From: the human T2T-CHM13v2.0 reference genome, Homo sapiens
Strand: one strand, 5' to 3'
DNA length: 64,000 nt
NCBI RefSeq assembly: GCF_009914755.1
Contig: NC_060929.1
Shown piece after piece: positions 29,663 to 45,572 of the stretch. Each line of letters opens with the position of its first letter. Positions within the stretch are counted from its first letter, which is position 1. Under the pieces are notes generated by a model that ran no database searches, was not told the DNA's origin, and was given only the letters and a program-made list of their open reading frames with translations. Both the position numbers and the translations under genes were made by a program.

Positions 29663-30342
29663 TTTTAATGAATGAAATGTTTATGCCCCCAACAATTTAT
29701 ATGTTGAAATCTTTTTTTTTTTTTTTTTTTTTTTTTTGAGACAGAGTATCATTCTGTCGCCCAGGCTGGAGTACAATAGTGTGGATCTCGGCTCACTGCA
29801 GTCTCTGCCTCTGGGTTCATGTGATTCTCCTGCCTCAGCCTCCTGAGTAGCAGGGACTACAGGTGTGCGACATTGTGCTTGGCTAATTTTTATTTTTTGA
29901 GTTAGAGACGGGGTTTCACCATGCTGGCCAGGATGGTCTTGATCTCCTGGCCTCGTGATCTGCCCCCCTTGACCTCATAAAGTGCTGACATTACAGGTAT
30001 GAGCCACCACACCCAGCCATATGTTGAAATCTTAATTCCCAAAGTTATGGTATTCAGAAGTGGGGCCTTTGGGAGATGATTAAATCATTAGCGCACAGCT
30101 CTCAAGAATGGGATTAGTCCCCTAATAAAAGATGTTCAATGTAACTCTCTTGTCTATTCTGTCATGTGAGGTTACAATGAGAAGAAGGTCGTCTGAGGAA
30201 GCAGACTCTCACCAGACACTGAATTTCCCAGAACCTTGATCTTAGACTTTCCAGCCTTCAGACCCTTGATAAATAAATTTCTTTTGTTCATAAGCTACCA
30301 AGTCTATGGCATTTCAGTATGACAACCCAAATGAACTCAAAG
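29663..30342 (+). mobile_element. MLT1A/A0 LTR interrupted by Alu
   Basis: atgtttatgccccc...tatgttgaaatc; ggggcctttgggagatgatta; accttgatcttagactttccagcc; ataagctaccaagtctatgg. Confidence 0.85.
29714..30018 (-). mobile_element. AluSc-like
   Basis: Full dimer; TSD ATATGTTGAAATCTT at 29699-29713 and 30019-30033. Confidence 0.94.
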
Positions 30343-31509
30343 AAGAGTCAAAAAAGGTTTTATGGACAAAATGATGTCCACATTGGGGCATGATTGATGT
30401 TTAGGAATTAGAAAAACAGAAAGGAGATGCTGTTAAGGGTTTCAACAAAATTGAGTAGCAGCTGCAAAGACAAGAGGAGTATGAAAAAATAAATAAATTG
30501 TTCTGAAAAGAATTCAGAATGCCACTAAAGCTGAATGTGAGATTGGAGAGAGGCAGAGACACAGAATCATAGAAAGATATTTAGAGATAATAAAAAGACT
30601 TCTAAACCCTCACCTTAAGGCTAATGGGCAGCATATACAAGAAATATGATCAGATTTTTGTTTCTAAATGTTGCTTAGAGCTGTAGTACAAATGTTGGCC
30701 TGGCATATAAGGATGGGAGCAGGAAAAAAGAGTTTTATGGAACTGTGGTAATATAAGAGAGAATTAAAGCTTAGAGTTAATTAGAATAGAAATTTAGGAG
30801 TACAGAGAAATATAAATATCCCTAAGATGTTTTAAAAGTGGAATAGAAAGGGACTAGCAACTGACTTAATGTGGAAAGAGAGGGTGAACAAGTTGAAGAT
30901 GACTCCTGTTTCTGACTTGTGAGATTTAAGTGGATTACTGTAGAAATTGCCATGAGGGAATGGAAGAAAAAAGCTGATGTGAATCAAGAAAAGATAAATT
31001 CAATAAAAGAAATGTGAAATTGAGATGACTGTGGGAAATCAAAATAGAAATACCAAAAGGTAGTTTGATATAAGTAGTAGGACATTCATCTCAATTTGAT
31101 CAAGACAGCGATGGTTTATTCTTGCTGTTTTTAAGTGGAGCACTATCTTTCACTCTTACAAATCTTACTTTGAATGATGAATTAAATAGTATAAGGCTCT
31201 GAAGCTGTAGAAATCTATCTGTAATAGAGGTATAGATTTTTCAGTTAAAAATAGATAGAGGCTAAATCTGCCTGTATGAATGAGATTAACCACTACCAAC
31301 ATGGAGAATGAGATGGAAGATGAAAGAGAAAATAAATTTGAAAGTCATCAACGTTTTTAGGGCCGGTAAATGACTTGCAGAAAAATGAGTAAGAGTTACT
31401 CTGGGATAAGAGTAAAACCAGAAGCTTATGATCAGAGCTTTCGAAGTATGAAGTTTCAGTTAAAGAGATATTCAACTCAATAGGCTAAAAATTGCACAAA
31501 TAATATTGT

Positions 31510-32130
31510 TTCACATGGTATTGTTTGAAAATACCACTATTTATCAAATTTATTGTTGATACCTGTTTTGATTGTTTTGAGTGTTTTACTGCTAATAACC
31601 TTTAACTTAGTTTACTGCTAAGTTCTACTGCTGCTATAAATTTTCTTGTACAAGTCTCAGTACTCAAGTGCAAGAGCTTACTCAAGGTACATTCTAAGAT
31701 GTAGAATTGCTGGGTATCAGGATATGCAAATGTCTAACTACACTATATAATGTAAAACTGTTTTCCAAAGAAGTTTAACAAAATTATATTCATATAAACA
31801 GCTTCTGGAAAACTCTACTTTTCCTAATCCTCAACAATGGATAGCTTTATCATATTTACTTGAGTAAAATCATGTGAATCTGCTGGGCATTTAATGGCAT
31901 CTCATTTAGTTTTACTGTCCATTTTCTTAACTACTAATGAAATTATGGATAATTTGATACATTTATTTGCCATTTTGTTATTCTCTTTCCTAAGCTACCT
32001 GATTCATCTACTGTTGTTTTTCTCTTAAGATAGTCTTCATTTAGTCTGTATACAAACATTTTCCTCCTATGTATTTCTTATTTTTTCATTCTCTTTAATG
32101 TGTCTTTTGATGACACATAATCAGACTTAT
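31510..32130 (-). mobile_element. L1ME-type fragment
   Basis: agaattgctgggtatcaggatatgc; aaactgttttccaaag; ggcatctcatttagtttt. Confidence 0.6.
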
Positions 32131-33487
32131 TTTTTAAGAGGTTGTTATAAAACACATGATAGTTTTCATACATTATACATATATATGTATTTGTGTGTAC
32201 ATTTGTATGTACATTATACATATTTATAAAATAGATATGCATTTGTATTATACATACAAATATGATATACATATAAATATGCACACAAATATGAGTTCCT
32301 AAAAACATTTTGAATTACGCATTTTGAAATGGCATGAATCTATTTTATTTTTGAGGTGTTAAAATATAAAATAATTCATCTCTAATCTATTAAACTACAT
32401 CAAGTTTTCCCAAATATCACTAACATAACAATGCACTTTTGATGCTTGCATAATATAAAATATTTGTAACATTAACTATTTACCATTTAATGAACTGATC
32501 AGTAGATATGTTTCTTTGCACACAAATGATATTGAATAATTTATTGTAGAATAAAGAAATGGTGAAAAGGTATCAAAGGTATGTGAAAAATAGAAATTAT
32601 TTTTGGTCAAAATGAGCCAACAAATCAGTTTATTAACAAACATTTATTATTAAATATTTGCCTAAGGAGAAGTTTCTTTGTAAGGAAGAGGATCCAGCTC
32701 ATTGCTGTTTAGTTTTAAGTTAAGATGAGCAAGAGAAAACTGATAAAGTAATAAGTAAAACAACACATGCCTGAGAGTTCATTATGTCCAATATAAATAC
32801 ATTGTGGAAAGAATTATCTTTTCACTGAAGACTCCAGAAGAATAAGTAGATCAACCACATTCTCAAAACTATTAGAGATAGACAATCAGAAGGAAAAATA
32901 AAAATGAATGCACATACTCAAATACCTAATGTGGGTATATATACATATGATTATTTATTTCCTGATAATGTGAGGCTATGTTGTAAATGACTTTCAAAAT
33001 ATGATGCTTGTGTTTAAGTCATAGTCATGACATTTGTAGTTATCAAATGTGTGCATGACATAATTTTTTTTTGTTTTTTACCAAAGATTCGGTGCCTAGA
33101 ATGTGTGGTTCTTCTACAACAGAAGCTGCTTTTGCCAAGTATGCAGGCGTTTCCATCTATTATTTCTCTCAAATCATCTAATACCTTCTTTGAAACTTAA
33201 CTTCCTGAGCAAAACATTTATCTCACCAAGCATCACTTTCAAATGTTCAAATGTCTGGTGTTATTGCTATATCAACATGGTAATACATGAAATTATTCAA
33301 CAATTGCTATCAATGCATTGCACTTGATGTTTCTCTAATTTTGTAAAAATCATCATACCATGCTAGAAACTCAAGCTTTCAACAGACAACAATGTTATTT
33401 TATTTAATTTCTCAGTAACAGAAAAAATATATACTTGAAGGTTATATGCATGGCCAAGCCTACCTCTTACAGGGATTAACTACTCTC

Positions 33488-33915
33488 TCTTTTTTTAATA
33501 ATCATTTTAATTTTATTTATTTATTTATTTATTTATATTTTTTATTATACTTTAAGTTCTAGAGTACATGTGCACAACATGCAGGTTTGCTACATATGTA
33601 TACATGTGCCATGTTGGTGTGCTGCACCCATTAACTCATCATTTACATTAGGTATATCTCCTAATGCTATCCCTTCCCCCTTCCCCCACCCCACAATAGT
33701 CCACAGTGTGTGATGTTCCCCTTCCTGTGTCCATGTGTTCTCATTGTTCAATTCCCACCTATGAGTGAGAACATGTGGTGTTTGGTTTTTTGTCCTTGTG
33801 ATATTTTGCTGAGAATGATGGTTTCCAGCTTCATCCATGTCCCTACAAAGGACATGAACTCATCCTTTTTTAAGGCTGCATAGTATTCCATGGTGTATAT
33901 GTGCCACATTTTCTT
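33488..33915 (-). mobile_element. L1PA5-like, 5'-truncated (about 430 bp)
   Basis: L1 3'UTR and tail; exact 17-bp TSD AGGGATTAACTACTCTC at 33471-33487 and 33916-33932. Confidence 0.96.
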
Positions 33916-34194
33916 AGGGATTAACTACTCTCAATATGCTTTATCACTTTTAATTTTTTTTCTTCTAATCAGTGGCTTTTATAGGACTTGTAGCCTTTCA
34001 TGCTTTGTTTACAAACTTTTGTGCTTCTTGGAAACTTTTGTTTTACTTAAAAATATGGAAAGATGATCATGGTAATGCACACATATTAAAATAATCTGAG
34101 CATTACTTCCTATTGAGAGAACATCTAAAATACTATAGTAGCTCCTTCTATATCCTTGATATGCATAATGTTTAAATTTTTACATGCAAATCTA

Positions 34195-35560
34195 TTATGG
34201 AGGAAGTTCCACTTCTGTGTAGAATATAAATAGTCACAAGGAATATTGCTCCCACTATAGCAAGAGAACGGGGACAAAAATTAACTTTTTCTTTAAAAGG
34301 CATCCTGTAGATGATGTCACAAAGCAACCAGGTAAACCAGAGTGACAAACATCTCAGAAGAAAGATGTGACACTCAATCCATTTTATTTTTGACAGAACA
34401 TGGCAGAAAAAAGTAGTCACCTTGAAAATAAATATGAAAATAGGTATATTTTCAAACACATCTTAAAGAACAATGCTAGCTAATGTGACAGTGTACAATC
34501 TCAGGTAACTGTTGACAAAAGGGAGTTTGCACAAAGGAGTTCACTTAAAGAACAATGCTAGCTAGTGTGACAGTGCACAATCTCAGATAACTGTGGACAA
34601 AAGGGAGTTTCCACAAGGGAGGAGTTTGCTTAAATAACAATGCTAGCTAGTGTGACAGTGCACAATCTCAGGTAGTGGTGGATACAAGGGAGTTTGCACA
34701 CATTTGCCAGATCTTTTCCAAGAGCAACTTCCAAGCAATAAAGACTGGGACCAGGGCAGAAGACTTGAGAGAGCCTTGTTCAGTGGTGTAGGTGTGCAGG
34801 ACCGTTTTAGGTCTGAGGTTGGATTAGTAGATTGCTGAGGATCCCAATCACTTTATAGGCCCCACGTGAGTATAAGATTGTTTTCATCTGCCCCTGGGTA
34901 CAGGTAAAAGACCTACACTGTAACTTCCCATGACATGAGACAAAACCTGCATACTGCTAAGGAAAAAACAGGAAGTCTCCCACACCAGGACTCTGATCTG
35001 AACCCAGGAAGATGTTTACTGCCCCTTGGGTAGGGGTAGGAAATCTGTCTGTGGCCTTGACCTGCATAAGCGGAGATTGGCTGATTCCAGGGAGAGGGTG
35101 AAGCTGAGGAGTCCAGGCCCACCTGTCCAACATGCTGCTTGATACTAGGCAAAAGCTATCTGTCACCAGGGACAGGTAAGGAGACCTGCTGGCCACAAGG
35201 TTTCTGCACTCATAAATGTAAAATATGCTACAGCATATATACTAGGTACAGTATATATACTAGGCAAAAGCTCTCTGTCACTAGGGACAGGAGAAGAGAC
35301 CTGCACATGTCCAAAGCCCTCTACCAAAGCAAAGATTAACTTCTGGGGAAGGACAGGAATCCTGCCTGTATTCTAGAACAACAGAGTAGTTGTAAGAGTT
35401 TGTGTGTCTATAGGATAGTCAAGATTGCTGAGTCAAATCAAATTTTGGGTCAGGCATACAAGACCTGCCTTATACTTCCTTTGCCAAATGTGGACCATGC
35501 ACTTAACACCTACAGCAGTCCATCTCTTTGGGGAGGAGGTTGCTTGAAGAGAGACACTGC
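34195..35560 (+). mobile_element. Probable ancient L1M 5'UTR region
   Basis: GC-richer block with internally repeated modules; starts near ttccacttctg; tentative family call. Confidence 0.4.
34462..34700. repeat. Tandem triplication of an 82-85 bp unit
   Basis: CTTAAAGAACAATGCTAGCTAGTGTGACAGTGCACAATCTCAG... starts at 34462, 34544 and 34629. Confidence 0.93.
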
Positions 35561-36621
35561 AAATAGTGAAATATAATTTAAAAATACTACAAAGAAATTT
35601 ATAAACAGAAACTTTTCAATTACATGTATTGTATCAATTTATTGAAAGATACACATTATAGTAGAAGCTTGTAGAAGATTCTTTAATGTATTAAATAATT
35701 TGAACTTGTAGATACAAACTTTTCACAAAAGAAAACCCCAGGAAGTGCTATTTTTAGGAGATATTTCCAGAAAAGATAAAAGATACCAAAATGTAGTTTC
35801 AGGAATTAAGATGAGTTCAAATGTTCTTGTTAACCCTTTATCGAAATCCTTTAGCTGTTAGATAAATTAGGTTACGTCATATAGACATGAACATGTACAT
35901 TATGTTTATACACATATATCCACATATGTATGTGTATATATATGTAAATATGTAAAAAATATTTTGAATAAGTCACTTCTGGCTACGATTCAGCTACAGT
36001 TTACTTTTCAGTAGTTAGACAAATGATAAAGGCAAAATATATCAGTGTCTATCTTCTGCAATAACATAAGATGAATATAGATCATAAGACATGTTAGAGA
36101 AAAAGATTGCTTATGTATCATCAGATCAGGAGAGAAAAGAGGTCAGGGATACTCTCTTATCAGTAATGGCAAATGTTCTTAAATAAACCAGCCATGTGAA
36201 ATGAATATTGGCATAGCAGTTCATTAATTTCTGAAATGTATAACAAATGCTTGCTTTGTATGAGACACACACAGAGTTAGTCAGCAGTCTACAATTAGTA
36301 TAATTTCAAAAAACAAAGACTGCTCAATAACCTCTAAATAAAGATGACAGGAACATTAACTACAGATTTAAATTAAAATCTTAAATTTTAGCTCCACTTA
36401 TTCTGCAAGCATTAAAGATTCTTCTGTGTTACTCCTCTTTTTCCTTTTCTTATTATTTAATGTATGTTCTCAAAAGCCTGATTTATAGTAATCTCTATCT
36501 CCATCCATTTATCACTTGATGGGTATTGGTATATCTCATCAGATAAAACCCACTTTTAAATCCAATAAAGAGTATTATTAAAGCTCTAAGTAAATACTAC
36601 TAATGACTGTTATGAAAATAA

Positions 36622-38607
<1,986 letters not shown>

Positions 38608-38635
38608 ATATAATGTCACAAAATGTTCTCATATA

Positions 38636-38932
38636 GGCTGGGCACGGTGGCTCAAGCCTGTAATCCCAGCACTTTGGGAGGCCAAGGCAGGTGGATCACG
38701 AGGTCAGGAGATCAAGACCATCCTGGCTAACACGGTGAAACCCCGTCTCTACTAAAAATATAAAAAATTAGCCGGGTGTGGTGGCAGGCGCCTGTAGTTC
38801 CAGCTCCTCCTGAGGCTGAGGCAGGAGAATGGCATGAACCCAGGAGGCGGAGCTTGCAGTGAGCCGAGATCGTGTCACTGCACTCCAGCCTGGGGAACAG
38901 AGCGAGACCCCCGTCTCAAAAAAAAAAAAAAA
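38636..38932 (+). mobile_element. AluY
   Basis: gaccatcctggctaacacggtg and gaatggcatgaaccc diagnostics; TSD GTTCTCATATA at 38625-38635 and 38933-38943. Confidence 0.95.
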
Positions 38933-39539
38933 GTTCTCATATAATATTATATACAGCACGCCATTTTAATAACATTTTCATTGTAAATAAACACACTTGT
39001 TGTGACTGGAACTGTGATATTGAAAAGTCTTACTTTAATTTTACTAAAACTTTACATTCTGTGTTGAGTACGTTTAGATTATTATTTTTCTGTATAGTCA
39101 AAAATATTTGAATGCTGCAAAGCAAATACCTCTTTTCCCAGCCTCAAGAAAAAAAATCTTTCCATTAAAAAAAAAAACCTTACAACATTAAAATTAAAAT
39201 CACCAGAACAATTCAGTCAAATAAAAATATGCACAATTTGAAAGAGTACAAAACAAATAACTACTTAACTGCTCTTGTTATTACAGTAGTCATTTGGATC
39301 TTGAAATAAAGAAAATTTCTTAGAAATATAACACACAAATTAGTGTCAATGTCACTTTCACTGGAAAATGCAGATGTTACCTAAGAGTGTCTAATTTATA
39401 TTTTCAAGATTTACAAATTGTTAATTATTTACCTTATGGACTTCTCTTTCTCTTTCCCCATCCTCCATTTTGTTGAGATTGGAAGTAAAATCCTTCACAA
39501 AATTATCACGTGAGTATAGGTAAGTGTTAAATTTTCTAG

Positions 39540-41747
39540 GTCTAATCTGTTGTAGACTGGCTATGCTCTGGAGTGAGCACCTACATAAGAGACCCAAAAG
39601 TCTCCATCATTAACTGTGATTTGTTTCCAGTTTGTTATTTCAAAGAAAGGGATCTTTAATATGCCAGGCTATGGTTTTCCAAGTGGCAGTTCAATCACTA
39701 GGCTATTGACAACAGCCCAAGAGATAACAGACATATAACAGTTTCTTACAAGGGAGCATTGGTCATAGTTATCAGAATGACCTTGAGTTCTGCTCAGTGG
39801 GAAGGCACGACCACATCTATTTTTGGTTCTTACAGAGCTGATGCAGAGGCTGAAGAGGCATCGTAGTTCAGTAGGTACCATTTTGTTTCTGCTTAGCTGA
39901 AACATCAGTGAACCCAGCATAGACATTAGGAGGAATCTTTGCGAATCATGGACCTAGTGAGCCCTAACTTTGTTTAATGCAGTAGAATGAGAAATAATAT
40001 TCACACCGAGGAACAGCTTCCACTTTACCATGTACAGACGAGATGTTTCTGAGCCAGGCCAATGAGTTTCTTAATATACTACTTCCATTTGTCAAGTGAG
40101 GTTCTTCTCTCCTTGTTATCCATCAAGTCTAAGTTGAGCAACCCCAAAATGGGAATATAATAATAGAGAGAAAAAAAGCATCTCTGGGTCAGGTATTTAG
40201 TTGTGAAAAGCAAACAGCCAGCTACAATTGCTTTTCCGAAGTTAGACTTTGTGTGCAAGTCAGAGAAGCGAGGAGTAAAAACTCCTAAGGGGAATTCCTA
40301 GGTAGAGTCTGCATCTCTTTGCCAGAGAATCCAGTTGGCAAAATCATCAGTCAAAATCATTAACAGATTTGCAGCTCAAAGCTGACATTAGGATTGTGGT
40401 ACCTAAAGCTAAAAAGTAAGTCATGGCTTCCTGGAGAGTTTCCTATGCAGCTTGTTGGTTTATGCACAACTTAAAGGATACTGATATATGGGTTAGCTGA
40501 TATAAAGGACCAAGTAAAATGTCCAAGTGAGGCACATACTGTCTCTAGCAAATGGTCCAGTGAGGTGTTGAGCTTTCTTTTTTGACTGTTGAAGCATGAA
40601 GAGAGAGCAGTTTTGCCTTGACTGCTAGAGAGTTCAAACTTTGTGAATTCCCCATATGGTCCCAAGAAAGTTTACTTGGAGATCAGGCCCATTTGTTTTC
40701 TTAGAGTTATCAGACACCCTGATGGCAGAGATGTAATAACATCACAGTCAGAGAAGTAGAGGCTGAGGCATCTGATATGTCAATTCACAAGACATCAGCC
40801 ATTTAGGAAAGCTTTGGAAATCACAGGGCAGAACCACTTGTAATAAATTCTTACTCACCCACATGTAGAAAATGACAGGAAAGTTTGTTCCACTAGAACT
40901 TGTATACCTGCAGCTCTTTTGAATCCCTCTAAATTCCCTCTGGAACTTATAGCATGGTAAAGTACCAGTTTATAAACATCAATTATTATTTACTCATATA
41001 TAAAATCAATAAGAGCAGTACACTGAATTAGCCAAAGGACCACACCCACAAGAATGCATTGGCTTCCGTTTCATGCTGTGAACTCTGCCCAAATGCCCTT
41101 AAGCTGAAATTGAATGCCACATCCCCAGCTGAATCTGGAACTAAGGATGGTGAATTAACCAAATGTTTCCAAGAAAGCAATAGAAATCTGAAGCCCTCCT
41201 CCATCTAATTTTCCCCAGAATACTCAGATGAGCATACATGGTTGTCAGTCCCCTTTAGAGAGAAGAGTGGGAAGATACATATTGTCTGAATTGTTAATGG
41301 CCCACTGGTTGATTTTAGCTCAACCAATTTGAAATTCTAATACTTTTTATCCTCTCAAAGCTCTATATTGTCATTGTTGACACCATTTACATAATCACTG
41401 GGGACTCCTTAACTAAGAAGCTACCTCCACATGGCAATTCAGCTGGAGCCATGGGACTTGCCACCTCATTATCATAATCATATCTTTTCTTCTTCTCACA
41501 CAGAGGAGAGTAAAAGCCAAAGCATTATTTGGGTTGCTTGTTTCAACCTTACCACGTGATCAGTCTCTAAATATTTATTAACAGGTAAGACAGTAGAATT
41601 CCCTTACCTCCCCTCCTTGTCCACTGCTTAGACAAGAACATTCACTACCAGTCTTCTCACATTCTGTAACCTGACCCAAGGGGGCTCTTGCCCTATCCTT
41701 CTACAAAACCACATCTCTCTCAGCATCCAATCCTCATCTCCAAAATC
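39540..41747 (-). mobile_element. Decayed class III ERV internal region (HERVL40-like): protease, partial RT, RNase H
   Basis: Manual minus-strand translation with stops/frameshifts: VFWGK...AFLET (protease); AVKAKLLSLHASTVKKE/AQHLTG/RQYVPHLDILLGPLYQLT (RT); GFTDVSA, AELK, SWAVVNSL (RNase H), collinear with ERV-L pol. Confidence 0.85.
41725..41742 (-). other. Candidate primer binding site complementary to tRNA-Ser(GCT)
   Basis: TGGAGATGAGGATTGGAT versus expected TGGCGACGAGGATGGGAT (15/18), 5 nt from the LTR. Confidence 0.7.
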
Positions 41748-42218
41748 TGTCAGGAACTATGAAGGGTCAGATATTTTACCCTACTTGCAAAATTACAAGA
41801 GAACTTGGCTGTAGTTTCATGTGTGCTGGCAGAAGACCTTAGATGCCTGGGTCAGAAAAAGAACTTTCTTACTTATGGTACAACAAGCAGCATAAGCTTT
41901 ATGTTCACATCAATTACACTTGGCCCCAAATCTCACAGGGGTAATGAGGAGCAGCCCAAGTGGAGGCTGTGAGGGTAGTAAAGTTGCAACAAGCTAAGGA
42001 GTCTTGAGTTTAGGAAACTACCAGATGAAATGGGTTTATTATACTGAGCAGAGACAAACTCCTCTCTGCTCTAGAGGCAGACACCATCTCTGTCTTCCAA
42101 GGTTGCCCAGTATACAATATCCTTTAAAATTTAACCCAGAGCAAAGATTATCAGTGTCTATCTATGCTCACAAAATGAGGAGAAAAATCATAGAGACTTG
42201 GAAAATTCTCTTCCAGTA
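41748..42218 (-). mobile_element. LTR40-family LTR (5' LTR of the ERV)
   Basis: Minus strand: ccttggaagacagagatggtgtctgcctctagagc and ...gcaagtagggtaaaatatctgacccttcatagttcctgaca. Confidence 0.85.
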
Positions 42219-42249
42219 TAATACCTTCAAATATTTGCATGCATTAATA

Positions 42250-43050
42250 TCTTTCCTGTATCCTATAGGACACCAATGATACAAAAGTTGGACTTTTTGA
42301 CATTGTCTTTGAGTTCCGCGAGGCTCAGTTCATTTTTTTAAATCTTTCTCTCTGTTCTTCAGATTGGATCATTTCTATTGATTTATCTTCAAGTTCACTT
42401 TTCTCAGTCTCCTCCATTTTACTCTTGAGCCCATTCAATGACATTTTTTTAAAAATTCAGTTGTTTTTCAGTTGAAATTTTCTAATTTTTTTATAATACC
42501 TATTTTTCTTTTGATAAGTCAAAATTTTCATATCATGATTTCCCTTACGTCATGCATTATGTTCAGGATATCTGCTTCAAAATCTGGCAATTCTAACAAT
42601 ATCAGAGTCATCTTAGGTTTGAAATCTGCTGATTGTCTTTTCCCTTTAAAGTTATTGAGATTTTCCTGCTTTACTGTATTACAAATAATTTTGGATTACA
42701 ACTTGAACATTGTGAATATGATGTTTACAGTTTAGTCCTTTTGAGATCCTATGGAGAATGTTGTTTTTTGTTTTGTCAGGGAATAAACCCAGTTAAGTCC
42801 AGTCTTCTGTGGGCTTTGGCTCTAATGATAGTTTAATTTTAAAAGTTTTTGCTGCACTATTCAGGTGTGTCCCATGTATGTGCTACCCAAAATCCATTAT
42901 TGTTCTGGGTGGGACTCTACCTTTGTTCATAAAGCCGTTAGTAGACTGCTCTGGGCCAGTTTTATGCATGCAAAGCTCAGGGTGAGCCCAGGACTTTCTT
43001 CGTAGACTATTCAGCTCCTCCTTCTCCATGATTTCATTCCTGAGTTCAGT
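42250..43050 (-). mobile_element. Ancient L1M ORF1/5' fragment
   Basis: ctgttcttcagattggatcatttctattgatttatcttcaagttcact. Confidence 0.7.
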
Positions 43051-43727
43051 CAACTTTTAGTTTATTTCTTCCTATTGGAGAATATGCTCTTCTTGGTTTT
43101 AATCATTTTGATAGAAGATATTTTCCATTTTTGTAAGTTCATAGTTGAGAATATTCAATTCAGTTTCAACTGATACGTGTAATGTTATTCAGCTTTGCAT
43201 TGTTTTTTGGAAAAATAACTTTCATAATCGGAAAGTCTTTTGTTTATATTTTCCGATGGTTTAAAATAGTTTTACATGTATTTTGCTATTTTTAATTCAT
43301 ATACAGGATTCCCAATTTAAGAATGTCCTCTTCTATCAGTTTTCTCCTCTTTTGCTCAGTAACCTTCACAGATGGTTCTGCTTTCTTTCTCTTCACTGCC
43401 TTGTCTCCAGGGAGTATCACCCCTTTTCTATACATCTGATTCTTTTTCAGCAATGATTCTTCTTTGAGTCTTGCACTTCTAGTCCTGCAGATTTTCCAGC
43501 CTCTTCTTCGTTGCCAGTGCTGTGACTTACAAGTCCTTATCAGTATTCAATAGTCTAACACTTACTGTTTCTCTTTCTCTTTATTCTGGTAATTTTGTAG
43601 ATGCTTTTTTCAGAGACCTCTGCTACTTTCCATCCTTTTTACAGAGTCTCTCTTTTTTGTTTTATTTTGTAAACCTTTCTTTTTAAATTTTTAAATTCTT
43701 AATTTTTGTGGGTACATGGTAGGTGTA

Positions 43728-44092
43728 TGTATTAGTGCTTTTTCATGCTACTGATGAAGACATACCCGATACTGTGTAATTTATTAAAAAAAAAAAAAGA
43801 GGTTTAATGAACTCACAGTTCCACATGGCTGGGGAGGCCTTGCACTCATGGCAGAAGGCAAAAGGCATGTCTTACATGCCAGCAGACAAGAGAGAATAAC
43901 AAAACTTGTGCAGGGAAGTCCCCTTTGTAAAACCATCTGATCTCGTGAGACTTACTATCAGGAGAACAGCAAAGGAAAGACCCGCTCCAATGGTTCAATT
44001 ACCTCCCACCAAGTCCCTCCCACAACACGTGGGAATTGTTGGAGCAACGATTCAAGATGAGATTTTGGTGGGGACACAGCCAAACCATATCA
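43728..44092 (-). mobile_element. THE1 (B-like) solo LTR
   Basis: THE1 termini; exact TSD GTGTA at 43723-43727 and 44093-44097. Confidence 0.95.
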
Positions 44093-44251
44093 GTGTATAT
44101 ATTTATGGGGCACATGAGATGCTTTTTATACCCATGCAATGTGAAATAAACACATCATGGAGAATGGGGTATCCCTCTTCTCAAGCATTTATCCTTTGAG
44201 TTACAAACAATCCAATTACACTCTTTAAGTTATTTTAAAATGTACAATAAT

Positions 44252-44549
44252 AGCTGGGCACAGTGGCTGATGCCTGTATTCCCAGCACTTTGGGAGGCCA
44301 AGGTGGCCAGGTCATTTGAGGTCAGGAGTTCAAGACCAGGCTCGCCAACATGGTGAAACCCCATCTCTACTAAAAATACAAAAGTTAGCTGGGCATGGTG
44401 GCATGCCCCTGTAGTCCCAGCTACTCAGGAGGCTAAGGCAGGAGAATCACTTGAACCCAGGAGGCAGAGGTTGCAGTGAGCTGAGATTGCACCACTGCAC
44501 GCCAGCCTGGGTGACAAAGCAAGACTATGTCTCAAAAAATAAATAAAAA
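44252..44549 (+). mobile_element. AluSx-like
   Basis: Full dimer with tcatttgaggtcaggagttc and A-tail. Confidence 0.93.
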
Positions 44550-45252
44550 TACAATTAAGCTATTATTGACTATAGTCACCCTGTTGTGCTATGAAATAGC
44601 AGTTTATATGCATTCTTTCTAACTGTTTTTCTGTACTCCTTTAACCATTCCTGTGTCCCCCACTACCCTTCCCTGCTTCTGATAACCATCCTTCTACTCT
44701 CTATGTCTGTGAGTTCAATTGTTGTGAGTTTTAGCTCCCATTCTTCTCCCTCTACATCTGAAAACTTGGACATTATGTGGTGGACATGAAAATTTTGTTG
44801 GAATGCTTTTTCTCTACTTACAAGTTATATAAATGTGTGATGTTCTCTATCTCCTAGAAAAATTAGCACACATCAAAATCATTTGGCCACAATTATTGTC
44901 CATACTCAGAATACTATAGTTATCTTTATCGTTGATTTCTAGCATTTTTCTATTGTTGTCACAGATATGACTGTATAATTTCACCTTGTGACCATTGTGT
45001 GACATGCTGTCTAGCCAAGCACATGATCACATTTGACAAATGTCCGTGTATATGTCAAAACGGGAATTCTGCAGTATTGTGTGTTCTATGTATGACACTT
45101 ATGTCCATATGTCATTTGTATTGTTTGAATTATTCATCGTCCTCTATAATTTTTGGTCTGCTTTTCTATTATTTACTGAGAAAAATTTGGTAAAATTTTA
45201 CACTATGGTATTGAATTAGCTAATTTCTCTTTTAGTTATATGTCCATCTTTG

Positions 45253-45572
<320 letters not shown>

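Larger units (their letters stand above)
29490..31450 (-). mobile_element. L2 relic split by MLT1A and Alu
   Basis: ttattaaacatatatgctatgtcaggcactg; gaagatgactcctgtttctgacttg; purine-rich L2 antisense pattern. Confidence 0.6.
43680..44740 (-). mobile_element. L1MA1/2 3' end split by THE1 and Alu
   Basis: tttttgtgggtacat...gcaatgtgaaataa...ttattgactatagtcaccctgttgtgc. Confidence 0.88.

Noticed and set aside
34462-34700. CRISPR-like array
   Set aside because: Units are contiguous degenerate copies with no unique spacers, and the context is human DNA with no cas genes. The same applies to 10273-10407.
39478-39526. Strong donor-like AG|GTAAGT after a pyrimidine tract
   Set aside because: Isolated splice-like motifs are common by chance; no gene context.
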